A stretch of DNA of 63,328 bases, counting the filler, from Octopus bimaculoides (lineage: Eukaryota): NCBI RefSeq assembly GCF_001194135.2. It is 4 parts of 3 records of this genome, joined end to end, with 100 filler letters (N's around TTAATTAATTAA, not from the genome) between each part and the next. Parts side by side here need not be neighbours in the genome. Positions count along the whole stretch, not along the records: positions 1 to 31,115 come from NC_068981.1; 3 more parts are not named here. One strand, written 5' to 3'. The notes below the pieces were generated by a model that saw nothing but the letters and a program-made list of their open reading frames with translations, searched no databases and was not told where the DNA came from. The position numbers and the translations under genes were made by a program. Shown here piece after piece: positions 11,885-25,079 of this stretch (positions are counted from its first letter, which is position 1; every line of letters begins with the position of its first letter).

Positions 11885-14330
11885 AGAAGGCACGGAGTAA
11901 ACTACAGGAAGAAAACAAAACAAAACAAAGTTGCTGTCTTACCTTGTATTTCTATATTTCGGGGTGAAACTCACTTCATGGCATTTCGAAAAAAGGGTAG
12001 TTGGAAAAAGTCGTTTGCTAAGATGTGTGACGAGAAGGAAGTAGGGAAAGAAGGATGAAGATGGCATGCACACTGGTGTTACTACAGCGACCAGTCTGCT
12101 TCGTGTAGTTCCTTCCTGTTCATGACTGGTCTCAATTTGTTTATAAGGAGGACTTCCATAATTCTGAGATGGCCCCTATTACGTTGAGTTGCCTTGGTGG
12201 AGACGTTGAAATTCTGTGTTTCGCACAACCTAAGGCTTTTTTATGATTTTTTTTTCAATTGTCCCTGTGCATATACTCCCTTATTCGGATGTGCCATTTC
12301 CTGGTGGTGCTCCCTGTGTAGGATGCCCCACATTTACTGCTGCCTACTTTGTATACTAAGTAGACCCTCGAGCATGTTATGATGTTGTTGATGGGGGAAG
12401 TTGGTGTAAACGCATGCCATGGTACACTTTGTATTATTTTTCCTCAATAGAACTTAACTCAGCGATGAACCGGAGTGCATCAACTGTACCGTAAGTCCCT
12501 CTCTGCAGTTCTTCTGTCATCGAAGTAAGGAAGTTTAAGGACACACTTTTCTGGTTTTTCTTAGCTGAAAAACCACTCTGTGTTGGTAGCTTTGTCTGTT
12601 GCTTCTCTGCATCTATCTTTTATACGTGTGATCTTATTTTGCACGTATGTTGCTTTGGTTCTGGTAGATAGGGTTGATTCTGAATGTACAAAGAGATTCT
12701 TACAGGCCGCTTTCCAATAAAAATTCGTGTCGATGTAGCTTTCCACTGGGATCTTGATTTGGAAATCTAGCAGAGAGAGGATTCTGGAATGTCCGAGTTT
12801 TCGATTTCGAATTTGATGTGATTGTTGTCGTCGTTCAAATTTTAATGCATGGAGGTCACGTCTTCTCGGGAGGAGGTGAGCATCAGGATGTCGACGTGCC
12901 CTGAGAAGATACCTGAACTGCAGCTGTTAAGAGCTGTGCGTTCGAGTTGATCCATAGATGGCCAAGTAGCCTGAGAGATGGATCCCATCGGCAGATCTGA
13001 GATCTGTTCATATGCTTCACAGTTATATTGGAAGGAAATGTTACCTCCAATAATGATTAGTAATTCACGGATGTCCGATGGAGTAAGACTAAAACGTTGA
13101 GGATTGGTGAGAGAGGAAGTGGAATAAGGAAGAAGGAGAAGGTGAAGAGGAGTAAGAAGAAGAGTGTGAAGGAGGAGGGGAAGAAATGAGAGTCAGAAAA
13201 GAGGTGAAAGGAGAGATACGATACGGTCAGAAATGATATTGACATACGGAAGAGCGGGCACGGAATTATAGAGGGTGACAACGTCTGAGTTGACAGGGGA
13301 TCGGTTATTCCTAATTACGGGGGAGTCGATTTCCTTGAGTCTTTTAAAGATCTCCTTGTCGCGGCTGACGTTTCCATGGAATTTATGCAGTAGAGGTTTG
13401 AGGAGTTGAGAGAGAAACGAGGAAATTTTATAAAAAAGGGCCGTCAATTCTCGAGAATATAGATCTAATTTTAAGTTTGGGCCTAGGATTGTGAGTTTTA
13501 CTAAATAATAAAAGGAGGGAAGGTATGTATTTTGAGATGCGAAATCGAGTCTAGACTTCTTGGAGAGTTTTCTATTATGACAAACGTTGGGCCAGCAGGT
13601 GTAAATATTGGCTTCAAGCTGATTAGGTGTGGTGTGTGCTTTTTCGTATTGTGTGGTGTCATTGAATGGAGGCGCAATGGTCCAGTGGTTAGGGCAGCGT
13701 ACTCGCAGTCAAAGGATCGCGGTTTCGATTCCTAGACCGGGCGCTGTGAGTGTTTATTGAGTTAAAACACCTAAAGCTCCACGAGGCTCCGGTAGGGAAT
13801 GGTGGCGAACCCTGCTGTACTTTTTCACCACAACTTTCTCTCACTCTTACTCCCTGTTTCTGGTGTGCCTGTAATTCAAAGGGTCAGCCTTGTCACACTA
13901 AGTCACGCTGAATATCTCCGAGAACTACGTTAAGGGTACATGTGTCTGTGGAGTGCTCAGCCACTTGCACGTTAATTTCACGAGCAGTCTGTTCCGTTGA
14001 GCGGATCAACTGGAAGCCTCGACGTCGTAAGCGACGGGGTGCCAACAAGGGTGTCATTGAGATGTTCGATTGCTAATTTGTCGTACGTGGACCTATCTAT
14101 GAAGCTGAATTCTTTTCCCTAGATTGAGGGTAAGTAGAAAAGGTTTTTAGATTGTAGGTTTTGTAAGGAATGGAGCTGAGATTTTGTAAGTTTGTGTATT
14201 TGAGTGGGGCGTTTATCTAGAATGTCTAAAATGGATCGTTTAAGTGTAGCTAGTTTATTATTGAGATCGGAGTTGTGTGAAGGAGGGTGAAGTGGTTTAA
14301 GGGGGTAAGGGGGAAATATAGAACTGTAAG
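11885..14330 (-). mobile_element. Degenerate Penelope-like element (RT + GIY-YIG), interrupted by a SINE
   Basis: NLTKSQLHSLQNL; FIDRSTYDKLAIEHLNDT/TQYEK; LSQLLKPLL...SDVVTLYNSVP; SLLDFQIK; TNFYWKAACKNLFVHSES; YTGSTTRKWHIRIRE; LRIMEVLLINKLRPVMN. Confidence 0.88.
13668..14049 (+). mobile_element. tRNA-derived SINE, family B, full length with 11-bp TSD
   Basis: A box TGGTCCAGTGG, B box GGTTTCGATTCC. TSD GGTGTCATTGA at 13655-13665 and 14050-14060. Homologous copy at 30838-31115. Confidence 0.92.
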
Positions 14331-14377
14331 GAGGAGCAGGAATGAGTACGATGAGGAAAAAGACGAAGAAGAAAAGC

Positions 14378-14411
<34 letters not shown>

Positions 14412-14424
14412 TTGGTGGTGGTGT

Positions 14425-14493
<69 letters not shown>

Positions 14494-14640
14494 TGGTGGT
14501 GGTAGAAGAAGAAGAAGAAGAAGAAGAAGAAGAAGAAGAAGAAGAAGAAGAAGAAGAAGAAGAAGAAGAAGAACTGAAGGCGATGATGATTGATGATGGT
14601 GATGATGATGGTGATGGTGATCATGATGATCATAACGATG
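14378..14640. repeat. Compound (AGT)n/(GGT)n/(AGA)n/(GAT)n microsatellite
   Basis: Directly visible; explains several low-complexity ORFs. Confidence 0.97.
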
Positions 14641-14802
14641 AAGACGACGTTGAGGATAATTAGGGTGTAGATGATGATGACGATTACGATCGTGAAGAGG
14701 AATAAGGGCTGAAACCCATTTTAATTTGTGATCTTTCCTGCAAAATTTAGTTTCTACGTCAAGTCCGAGTTTGTCATTGAAATGTTGAGTTAAGATAAAA
14801 AC

Positions 14803-14940
14803 TTAGGTACATTATTTACATTATTTACATTTGACGGACATTTGTCCTCATCTTGTTTGTTGTTGGCACAACGTTTCGGCTGATATACACTACAGTTTTC
14901 TTTAGGTGTCCTGGGGAATTTTCGAACTTGGGTTCTCATT
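14803..14940 (-). mobile_element. PLE pLTR-like hammerhead-bearing unit, left arm of inverted pair
   Basis: Reverse complement aligns to 15207-15345. Hammerhead region 14865-14910 reads GACAC-CTAAAGA-A-AACTG...CAGCC-GAAA-CGTT-GTGCC (core G5 lost, stem II broken). Confidence 0.8.
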
Positions 14941-15186
<246 letters not shown>

Positions 15187-15206
15187 ATATCGAAAAATAC
15201 CTTAGG

Positions 15207-15345
15207 AATGAGAAACCAAGTTTGAAATTTCCCCCAAGACATCTGAAGAAGGCTGGAGATTATATCAGCCGAAACGTTGTGTTAACAAAAAACAAGATGA
15301 GGACAAATATCCGTCAAATGTAAGTAATGTAAATAACGTACATAA
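15207..15345 (+). mobile_element. PLE pLTR-like hammerhead-bearing unit, right arm
   Basis: AATGAGAAACC...CTGAAGAAGGCTGG...CAGCCGAAACGTTGTG...GTCAAATGTAAGTAATGTAAATAA; inverted relative to 14803-14940. Confidence 0.8.
15238..15283 (+). ncRNA. Minimal type I hammerhead ribozyme (PLE-type)
   Basis: Stem I GACAT/GTGTT; core CTGAAGA plus one extra A; stem II GGCTG/CAGCC with a 10-nt loop; GAAA; palindromic AACGTT in place of a looped stem III; predicted cleavage after 15278. Confidence 0.75.
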
Positions 15346-15374
15346 TTCCTCATCTACTAAATATAGAACTGAAA

Positions 15375-16026
15375 AACTCAGGTAATCGAAAAATATCGTC
15401 TATATCAATGTGAAGCGCAAACGATCATGAGGGAAGCGTATCGAACCTTCACAAACAACCCCAAATCTACTTCATCAAAGAAAGTTATGCTTTCATTTCG
15501 TTAGAATTCAGAGGTTGTCGTCTTTCATGAGCTTCTTCCTACGGACAGGAACAATAATTCAGATATGTCCTGTGACTAGCTAGACAATTTAAACGCAGTG
15601 ATACACCAGAATCCCCCTGCACTTTGTTATGGCAAGGTCATTGTCTTTCATCACGACAATGCCATACTACATGCCCCTTTGAAGTAGCGGCAGGATTTAC
15701 AAGGACTTAGCGAGGAAGCTTGCCGCGCCCTCCATATTTTCTGAATTTACGATTTCAGATTTTCACCAGTTTAAGTCTTTTTAATATTCTACATGCAAAT
15801 ATTCATTGAATGGTTAGACCTTTAACTATGAAGACTATGAAAAAAATCACTAGAAGAGTTTTTCGCCAGTAAAGACAGGAAATTCTTTGAACGGAGGATA
15901 ATGATCAGCCCAGAAGACAGCAGAAGATACAGGAACGAAACAGTAATTGAATAAATAGCTTCGTTCTTAAAACTTGTATCTTATTTTCGCTTTAAAAAAC
16001 GAACGGACTTTTTCGCCAGTCCAATA
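15375..16026 (+). mobile_element. Mariner relic, 3' half with right TIR
   Basis: VVFHELLP...LDNLNAVIHQNPPAL...VIVFHHDNAILH; ends ...TTTTCGCCAGTCCAA-TA. Confidence 0.85.
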
Positions 16027-16829
16027 TATAAATAATCAAGGCATATTATTGGGCACTATACTAAGATACGTGATTACAATCCTGATATGTCTCGTACTCT
16101 GCTACGCATGTTCCATCACACTTTAAGCAATAGTACAAGGCCCAAGGCTGGCATTCTTTATAGCATTAAGCATAACAAACAAGTAAAGATGTTAGTGAAA
16201 TGTCTATTTCGACGGCTGATATAATAAAGTAGTGAATTTATGAATCGATAATGACGTTGACAGTAATGTTGAATGACGAAAGTGAAGTTTAATTTGATTT
16301 TATTTTGAAGCCAAAGCTGAATAGAATGCCAGTTCCATGCAGAGGAAGAAAACAAAATAGAAACTTGGTATATAAATAAAAACAAAATTTAAATATTGAT
16401 CGTGCCGAATTTGTTTTTATATGTCTATAATATTCTTTGAAATAAAATGCATACATATGATTATAAGACGAAACAAGTCAATATTGATGTGCCATTAACA
16501 TTCCTAAGGCAAACAGAGCTGCGAATAAATGCAATAACCAATGACCTTTTGAAAATATGCACAAAACAGTGTTGCCTTCAAAAATACCTCAAACATATTC
16601 GCATCCCGACATACTTTAATTTCAAATTTCTTCTTCATGCCATCTGTCAAATTTTGTGCGTTTCCTTACTATTTTCGTTTTTATTTTATCGTTTCCATTT
16701 TATTTCCAATTCTTCTTTTTCTCATCACCCTTATCCCTTCTACGTCGTCGTTACTTTCCTATTTACTTCAGTCTTTCATTTCACTGTAAATTTTATTAAT
16801 ATAGTTCAATTTTTGTATCACTTCATCCC

Positions 16830-16877
<48 letters not shown>

Positions 16878-17004
16878 TATCATCATCATCATCATCATAA
16901 TTATCATCATCATCATCATCACCTTCTTCTTCTTCTTCTTCTTCTTCTTCTTCTTCTTCTTCTTCTTCTTCTTCTTCTTCTTCTTCTTCTTCTTCTTCTT
17001 CTTC
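16830..17004. repeat. (ATC)n/(CTT)n microsatellite
   Basis: Directly visible. Confidence 0.97.
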
Positions 17005-19531
17005 ATAATCGACATTATTTTAGTTGCAATGGAATCCGTTTGTCCATTTTGCTAGTTTTTTTCTCTCCTTATTTTGCTCTATCCATGTTGTTTTAACATT
17101 TACCAAACTGCCCTGTTGATTTTTTCCCAATCGATTTGTATATTATCATAATGCATTCATTATTACTATCATTACTAGTTATATGTATCTTTTAACTTAT
17201 TCACATCATTCTTCTGCTGTTTCATGTCTGCATAGATTTAGTTTTCTAGCACCGCTTGTTTCATTGATATTCCAAATTGTCTTCATTCATCGATATTTTA
17301 CTCCCTTCACTTTCATGCGCATCTTCATCTTCATCTTTTTCTACAAATATTTTCTTTCCTTCCTGATCTTATTCGATAACGCTTTCTTCTCGATCACAAT
17401 TTCAACATGTAACATATTTTAGAAATAGTCTATCGTTTCCTCCGCATTTCGATCTTACCTTCTTACTCTCATAAATGTATCTATTATTCTTTTTAACTTT
17501 TCTTCTATGAATTCTTTTCTGCTTCCTGTATTCCATTTCCTATTTCCATATTCTCTTTTCATCTTTCATTCTCTAAGTATTAATATTTCTTTCTGTCTTT
17601 TATTTTCTCCATTCGTTCTATTCTTTCTATATTGTTTTCCTTCTTAATATTTCACGGATCTCTGTCATCTTTGATTTTATCTCACATGTTTCTTTTCATC
17701 CCACTTTATCTCTTCATCTCTCTTACTTCAACCTGATCAATAGAAAATGACACGTTTGTCAATGTTTTCACAATCAAAGATCCTAGAATAACAATCCAAA
17801 GAAAACGAATTGTCTTGTGTCACATTGCTTTGTTTATTCATCTTAGATATTTCAATATTGCAACATTACTTGTTATTGTAGTTTTTCAAACTCGTGATTG
17901 ATATTTCCATGGAAGAAACACAGGCAGGACACAAACGATGTGAATAGCTGAAATAAATGCCTTGCAGTATTTATTTACTTTCCTCAAATTTCTTGAAATA
18001 TCAGCATTCTTGCATTTGCTGTTCATACCATCAAATAAGGTAAAATATGCTGCTGTTTCACGCTGGGCATAGTTGAAGCAACCGTATATTAATTTACATA
18101 AATATATAGTGTTTTACTTAGAAAAAATCAATATATCCTATTGAAATAATTCACAAAAGCTGAAAGGATTATGATTTGCCGTTGGGAGATCAAATTCCAT
18201 TCTACTTTGTCATCTATGTTCCCAATTTTCATATTTGTTAATAGAATATATGCTAACAAATATATAAGATATTGAAGAAAAACGATTTTGGTTACGAGAC
18301 TGTACCTTTGTTGCTAAAAAACAAAAACAAATATCTTGACTTAATCGGTGATTCTTGTTGATTGTAACAGACCTGATTATATTTCGTATATCAAGCGAGC
18401 TTGCTGGCAGGAGAAGGGAAGATAAATCACCGAAGATATGAAGAGAAAAAAAATCGTGTTGAATTAGATATTCCTTATTTCATAAAAGTACAGAAACAAT
18501 GAAATTTTCCTTAAAAGTTTTGAGAGACTTGTGTTCGTATTCATATATCTATTGTAGAAGGATGGAGATTATTGCTGTTAGTTTTAATAATGATTTCTAA
18601 TATATTCAAATAATTACATGTTTTAAGGGATAAGTCGAGCAGTACTAAATTTGCATAATTATTTAGTTTCGATTGATACTGTAAAAGTTATATTTACTTA
18701 CATTTCTGTAAATCGGTGACAAAGAAAAAAAAGCATAGACAATAATTGCAGTTTACTAGCTGTACATCAGTACGAAACAGGTAATAAATCCAAGTATGAG
18801 ATACAATTTAAATTTTAGCTATATTAAGAAGAAAAACAATTGCCTAAACACCTTAAACCATTCTTGTTCGATGTTATACAGTATAAATTATCGAGCGGGA
18901 GAAATACTAAATAATACTAAAAATATAAAACTAATGCATCTACTGTTTAATGTAAAAGAAGAAAACTTATAGTCAGCCTGAAAATATTAAAATTTTGAAT
19001 TTGTGTGCATTGGATTCTGATTCCAGATGGCTATAATAAAATATTGCCTTTCATCAATGTATTATCTAATGATATATAACGCATGTGGTATTGAGCAAAT
19101 CAAAGAATTTTCTGCTGGGATAAAACAAAGACACAGTATAATCCTCGAAGAAAAAATGGTTATTGGATTTTAAATGACTGATGTCGCCTCTCAACTGCTC
19201 TGCATATATGTAGTAATAGTAGCATTCCAATTTCGGACATTGGTTAAGCACCTACATGTCCATGGATAATAGCAAGAGGAAAACTATGCATTACAAACGG
19301 ATCAATATTCACGAATAGCCTTAGCCGATTAAAAATGAAACCATTTTTTACATTAGCTAAGTCGAATCAATACACAGTGATGTATCACACATGAATATTT
19401 TCGTGTCTTATTATTATAACGACATCCGTTTCTCTTGATTTTGGTAAATAGACATCCAATCCCAGTCTTTGATTTGCTTCTCGATTAGACTACGTCTCAA
19501 TACCACATGCACTATATACCGATTGATATAC

Positions 19532-19597
19532 TCTATGTATCAGAAGGGGTATTTTCTAGGGTGACAGCTTCTACCACCACCACTACCACCACCACCT

Positions 19598-19642
<45 letters not shown>

Positions 19643-20635
19643 ACTACCTACCTACCTACCTACCTACCTACCTACCTACCTACCTACTTACCTACCTACC
19701 TACCGGCCGACTGCTCTAGGTGATATATTACACTTTACATGCGCGCACGCACGCACAGACACACAGGCACACACAAACACACACACACATACACATGGTG
19801 TGCATATGTATATGTATTTCTGTATGTCTATTTAATAGAATACATGTATAAAGAGACAGACAACTAATATCAAGTCAGATGATGACATTTATATATCTAA
19901 ACATTGACACAAGACGAAGGTGGAATCGGATGTTAGATAAAGCTAGTCATCGTAGGCAAATAGCAATGGCTGATGAGGAGAAAAAAGTTCATGACTGAAG
20001 GCAGAGACTGAAGGTCTCATATTGGCTGCTCAAGGTCAAGGCTTGCTTACCAAAATCTACCAGGCTAAAGTTCTTCACAACGGTTCTGACCCTAAATGCA
20101 GATTGTGCGAAAAATGTGAGGAAGCAATAGACCATTTAGTCTTGGGATGTCCTATACTGAAACCAAACGAATACAAAAATCGATGATATATAGTCATTAA
20201 AGAGAGAGAAGAAAATACTTGTACCATAATAGATATGTGCACCCACTGATAAAAATATGGCTGTAAAGGAATTTGATAATTTCAGCAAATATAAGGGCAT
20301 GGTGGAAATGGTAATACAAAATATGTGTTGTCTTAATTCGAGACATGTTATTGGGAGCCCTAGATATGATAAGAAAGGGATATCTGGAACATCTAGATAA
20401 TATCCCAGGAGAAACATGCATCAGAGAAATTCAAAATATTGTGCTGCCAAGTATTGCTCACATCCTTAGAAAAAGGCTATCACATGGAGATATACCGCTA
20501 CTGCCCCTGCAACATGCCCTCCCCAAGCTTTCGGTCATATTGCAACATCTTATATCCTACACTCGCTCTAGGACGCTGACTGTGTCACGGCGAGTGACTG
20601 TAACAAACATACAGATTAAAAGTAAATATTATATT

Positions 20636-20669
<34 letters not shown>

Positions 20670-20783
20670 GCAACAACAACAACAATAACAACAACAACAA
20701 CAACAACAACAATAATAATAATAATATGGAAGAAGAATAGTCATTCTATGTATCAGAAGGGGTATTTTCTAGGGTGACAGCTT
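19532..20783 (+). repeat. Identical 39-bp direct repeat pair (19532-19570 and 20745-20783)
   Basis: TCTATGTATCAGAAGGGGTATTTTCTAGGGTGACAGCTT in both copies. Confidence 0.95.
19960..20640 (+). mobile_element. R4/Dong-type RLE LINE 3' fragment with (TAA)n tail
   Basis: ETEGLILAAQ...CRLCEKCEEAIDHLVLGCP (CCHC knuckle); LLGALDMIRKGYLEHLDNIPGETCIREIQNIVL...AHILRKRLS; ends in (TAA)n. Confidence 0.85.
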
Positions 20784-21095
20784 ATCTCCGCTGTTTTTCG
20801 TTCTTTCCATGATACCCATGAACTTAGAGCTCAGGAAAATGAACGAGGGTCACCAAATAAAGGAAAAGTCCCAAACAATCAACCACCTCCTCTTCATGGA
20901 TGATTTGAAACTATATGGCAAAGATGAGACACAAGTGAATTCCTTTGTGAACACGGTCCACAGTTTTAGTACTGATATTAGAATGGAATTTGGACTCAAG
21001 TGCGTAGTAATCTACCTAAAAAGAGGAAAGATCCAGTCCCTAGTAGAGATAGAATTACTGAATTGTGAATTGATTAAGCAAATTGAAACGGATTG
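20745..21095 (+). mobile_element. R4/Dong-type RT core fragment
   Basis: IRRGIF*GDSLSPLFFVLSMIPM...INHLLFMDDLKLYGK...FSTDIRMEFGLKC...LKRGK. Confidence 0.9.
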
Positions 21096-21096
21096 A

Positions 21097-21232
21097 CAAA
21101 TTCATTCACAAGGTTTTGGTCGGCCCGAAGTTAGAGTAAAAGACACTTGCACAAGGTGCCATGCAGTGGGACTGAACCCGGAACCATGTGGATGGTAAGC
21201 AGTCTGCTTACCACACAGCCACTCCTACACCT
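21097..21232 (-). mobile_element. tRNA-headed SINE family C, 5' part
   Basis: Minus strand GTGGCTGTGTGGTAAG...GGTTCAGTCCCACTGCATGGCACCTTGTGCAAGTGTCTT; homologous to the copy starting at 55699. Confidence 0.85.
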
Positions 21233-22137
21233 ATATGTATATTTGTTGTTTGTGTATTTATGTGATTGTGTGCATAATTTGTAATGCACCACTTTTCCTT
21301 TGAACCATAACAGTCGCAGTTGAATTGTTTACTCATTATTGTTACATTTAGTTGTCCCGATGTGTGAATTAGTCTACACTACTGTTTGTACGAGTCACGT
21401 GTTATTTTCATAGACCTGAAGTATTTCCTAAATTAGGTTTAAACGTGAAATAGGATTTCACTGATAAAGCATACTTTATTGCATTGCGTCGTGTTTCTTT
21501 TTTTTTTCTTTATCTTTAGTACATTCTAACATGCTCTTTTGTTGTACAACGTCCAGCGCTACATATCTAACAACAGATATAGACATTTAATGGTGAAATA
21601 TCGTATGACTGCCACTGAATGCAGAAAGCGATTTAATTGACTTTACTTTCCTGAATACTATGAAGTGTTGTGTGAATGGTTGAGGTAAAAAATACCAAAA
21701 GAAAATTTCTTGTTAAAATCATTGGCTGTCTGTATCTATTTTACAATTTAATGCAAATTTAAACGGTTTTGAGAATAACGAATAAATTTATTATTTAATG
21801 ATACATATAATCAATATAATTAACGACATTCCAACTTGGTGCATTTCGTGTTTACATCATTTAATTTCTCAATCAACTTTCAATTGCAAAATGCCAAAAT
21901 TTAGAATGGCAAAATGTTGAACCATTATGGGTATGTTTTCTAACGTGTTAAGTAATTATTAAACAAAATATCTGGAAATTATTAATATATTTATGTCCTC
22001 GTGCTACATCTTTTCTAAGCTTTCGAACAATAAATGTAATTTAATCGCCAATATATAAACATTCCTCGATTACAGTTAAGGGGATATCGGAAAAGAGTGT
22101 ATTTGTGATGGCTGTAGAAAACAAATAGATAAATAAA

Positions 22138-22228
<91 letters not shown>

Positions 22229-23663
22229 TGACAATAATTCTACTGCTGCTGCTCCTGATGATGGTGATGATGATGATGATGGCAATAACAAATATAATGA
22301 TGGTAATAACAATAATAATAAAAACGATCTCCGCGTGAAAGTATGTTATTTAATTTAAAGAAGTAAACGGTATTGATTTCCGAGTAACATTGATAATTGT
22401 CATGCGTTACAAGCGTACATTTGACGGTAAACAGTAAATTACGTTGATGCTAAACAAAGACATGAAAGTTATAATTATTCCACCCTTTCCAAAACATTGA
22501 AATTATAGTATTTTCAGAGATTTTATTGCACAATTAAGATTGAACTGCTCATGAACACGGAAACACAGAACTCTTTAAAAACAGAATAAATACAATAATC
22601 TAACCAAACGCAAAATGAAATCAGTAAAACAAAAGGAACCAAAAACTAGAAGCATAGTAATGTTCGCATGTAGTTTCAACTGATGCAGATATCCCTAATT
22701 TATATAGAGTTTATATATTAATTTCCAACGTTTTGTGATAAGGAGCGAGACAAACAAACAAAACAATCTAGCCACCTTGATTTGGAAATCATTTGAATAT
22801 ATCGATTTATATAACAAGTAGTAATATTAATAATTCTAACTGCAAATAATTTATAATAAAAGCAAGAGCGAGATTAAAATGCGAAAATTCGACGTAAAGT
22901 AGTTAAATATTTCATGCCTAAAACAGCGATTTGTAAAGATAACAAAATCATCCAATAAAACTAAGCTCTGAAACTAAAATAATGAAAAAAATCAAAGGAG
23001 GCTTGGAGAGCGCACATAATACATACATCTCACATCTAACACATTTGTATATCATATCAAACATACCATGAATTCTATATTTTTTTTTACATTATAATAA
23101 AATTCATTACACTAAATCCCATGTATACACACGCACAGAAATTATTGTGTGTACATAAGTGCGTATATATANNNNNNNNNNNNNNNNNNNNNNNNNNNNN
23201 NNNNNNNNNNNNNNNNNNNNNNNNNNNNNNNNNNNNNNNNNNNNNNNNNNNNNNNNNNNNNNNNNNNNNNNNNNNNNNNNNNNNNNNNNNNNNNNNNNNN
23301 NNNNNNNNNNNNNNNNNNNNNNNNNNNNNNNNNNNNNNNNNNNNNNNNNNNNNNNNNNNNNNNNNNNNNNNNNNNNNNNNNNNNNNNNNNNNNNNNNNNN
23401 NNNNNNNNNNNNNNNNNNNNNNNNNNNNNNNNNNNNNNNNNNNNNNNNNNNNNNNNNNNNNNNNNNNNNNNNNNNNNNNNNNNNNNNNNNNNNNNNNNNN
23501 NNNNNNNNNNNNNNNNNNNNNNNNNNNNNNNNNNNNNNNNNNNNNNNNNNNNNNNNNNNNNNNNNNNNNNNNNNNNNNNNNNNNNNNNNNNNNNNNNNNN
23601 NNNNNNNNNNNNNNNNNNNNNNNNNNNNNNNNNNNNNNNNNNNNNNNNNNNNNNNNNNNNNNN

Positions 23664-23695
<32 letters not shown>

Positions 23696-23699
23696 GCAT

Positions 23700-23895
23700 A
23701 TATGGGTACAGGACACCAAAATAAACGTAGACATCTCAAGACAGTTACAATATCGGTGATTCTAGGAGCCCTTGCAAACAGAGAACAAGAAATTATTTTA
23801 GTATGATCTCTGGATTACCATCCATGCAGGAAGTACAAAAGATTGTCTTAACTGATACGTCACAAGTATTGAGAAGTGCATTATCGATGTGAATT
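23700..23895 (+). mobile_element. R4/Dong-type LINE C-terminal fragment
   Basis: LKTVTISVILGAL...PSMQEVQKIVLTDTSQVLRSALSM*. Confidence 0.7.
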
Positions 23896-24103
23896 TTCCC
23901 CTTCCTCCTTTATATTATCTGTTTACTTTTCTATTTTTTTTCCCGTTTCATGCTTGTCTTCCCACGCTTCCCTATCACATAACTCCGTAAATAAACAATC
24001 TAGCGTGTTTGTTTTAATGGCCTACCAATGAATACAGTACGTTTCTCTGCCCTAGATGTCAGGAAGACATTTGGGAAGAAATGTAAACCAAATTGAAAGA
24101 AGT

Positions 24104-24162
<59 letters not shown>

Positions 24163-24167
24163 TTACA

Positions 24168-24202
<35 letters not shown>

Positions 24203-24454
24203 AGCTAGCGTTTGTTAACCAGTCGGAATTATAGACCAGACTAGCAATTATAGACCAATAACTTGCTTATCATTACTGTGGAAGTTGTTAACAGGAATGT
24301 TTTCAGAAAGCATTTACTAGCACCTTCAGAACCAAATGTTGGTAATAAATATATTGACAATGATGATGATGATGATGATGATGATAACGACGACGACTAC
24401 GACGACGACGACGACGACGACAATGATGATGATGATGATGATGATGATGATTAC

Positions 24455-24965
24455 AATAATGATATACAGAGAGGCAAGACGTGGTATGAGAACAAACTGA
24501 AGAGAGTAAAAGTGTCGGAGACTAGCAGAATTCTTTGGGATTTCCCAATCCAGACAGATCAGGTCAGTGAGCATACAGACTAGATCTAGTGGTGGTGGAC
24601 AAGATTCATCACATATGCTATATTGTTGACGGTGCATGCCCCTTGTGAAAATATAGATAGATAGATACAACCCTCTTAAGTACGGAATAGCCCGGCTCTG
24701 CAAAAAGAAGGTGAAGATAGTGCCAATTACTCTTGGGTCGTTAGGAACAGTATGAGAAGGCATCAAGAAGTATATAAAGGAAATTGGAATAGAGTGCCCA
24801 GTAGAATTGCTACAAATGTCTTGCCGCCTTTGCATGCCCAGAATAATCAGGTAAATATTAGATAGCTGAAAAGAACGAATATCATGGTGCTGTTGGCAGC
24901 TGGTAGTAAGCCCGCTACGCATGCAGGACTCCAGGAACTCTAACAAAACCAGTTATAATGAGAAA
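24455..24965 (+). mobile_element. R4/Dong-type LINE 3' end (RLE domain)
   Basis: TWYE...ETSRILWDFPIQTDQ; YNPLKYGIARL...VKIVPITLGSLGTV; same subfamily as 38755-39260. Confidence 0.88.
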
Positions 24966-24973
24966 ATAATGCT

Positions 24974-25004
<31 letters not shown>

Positions 25005-25007
25005 TTG

Positions 25008-25077
<70 letters not shown>

Positions 25078-25079
<2 letters not shown>

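Noticed and set aside
13668-13745. tRNA-like A/B boxes (also in the heads of SINE families A and C)
   Set aside because: No complete cloverleaf; continuous with repeated SINE bodies, so not tRNA genes.
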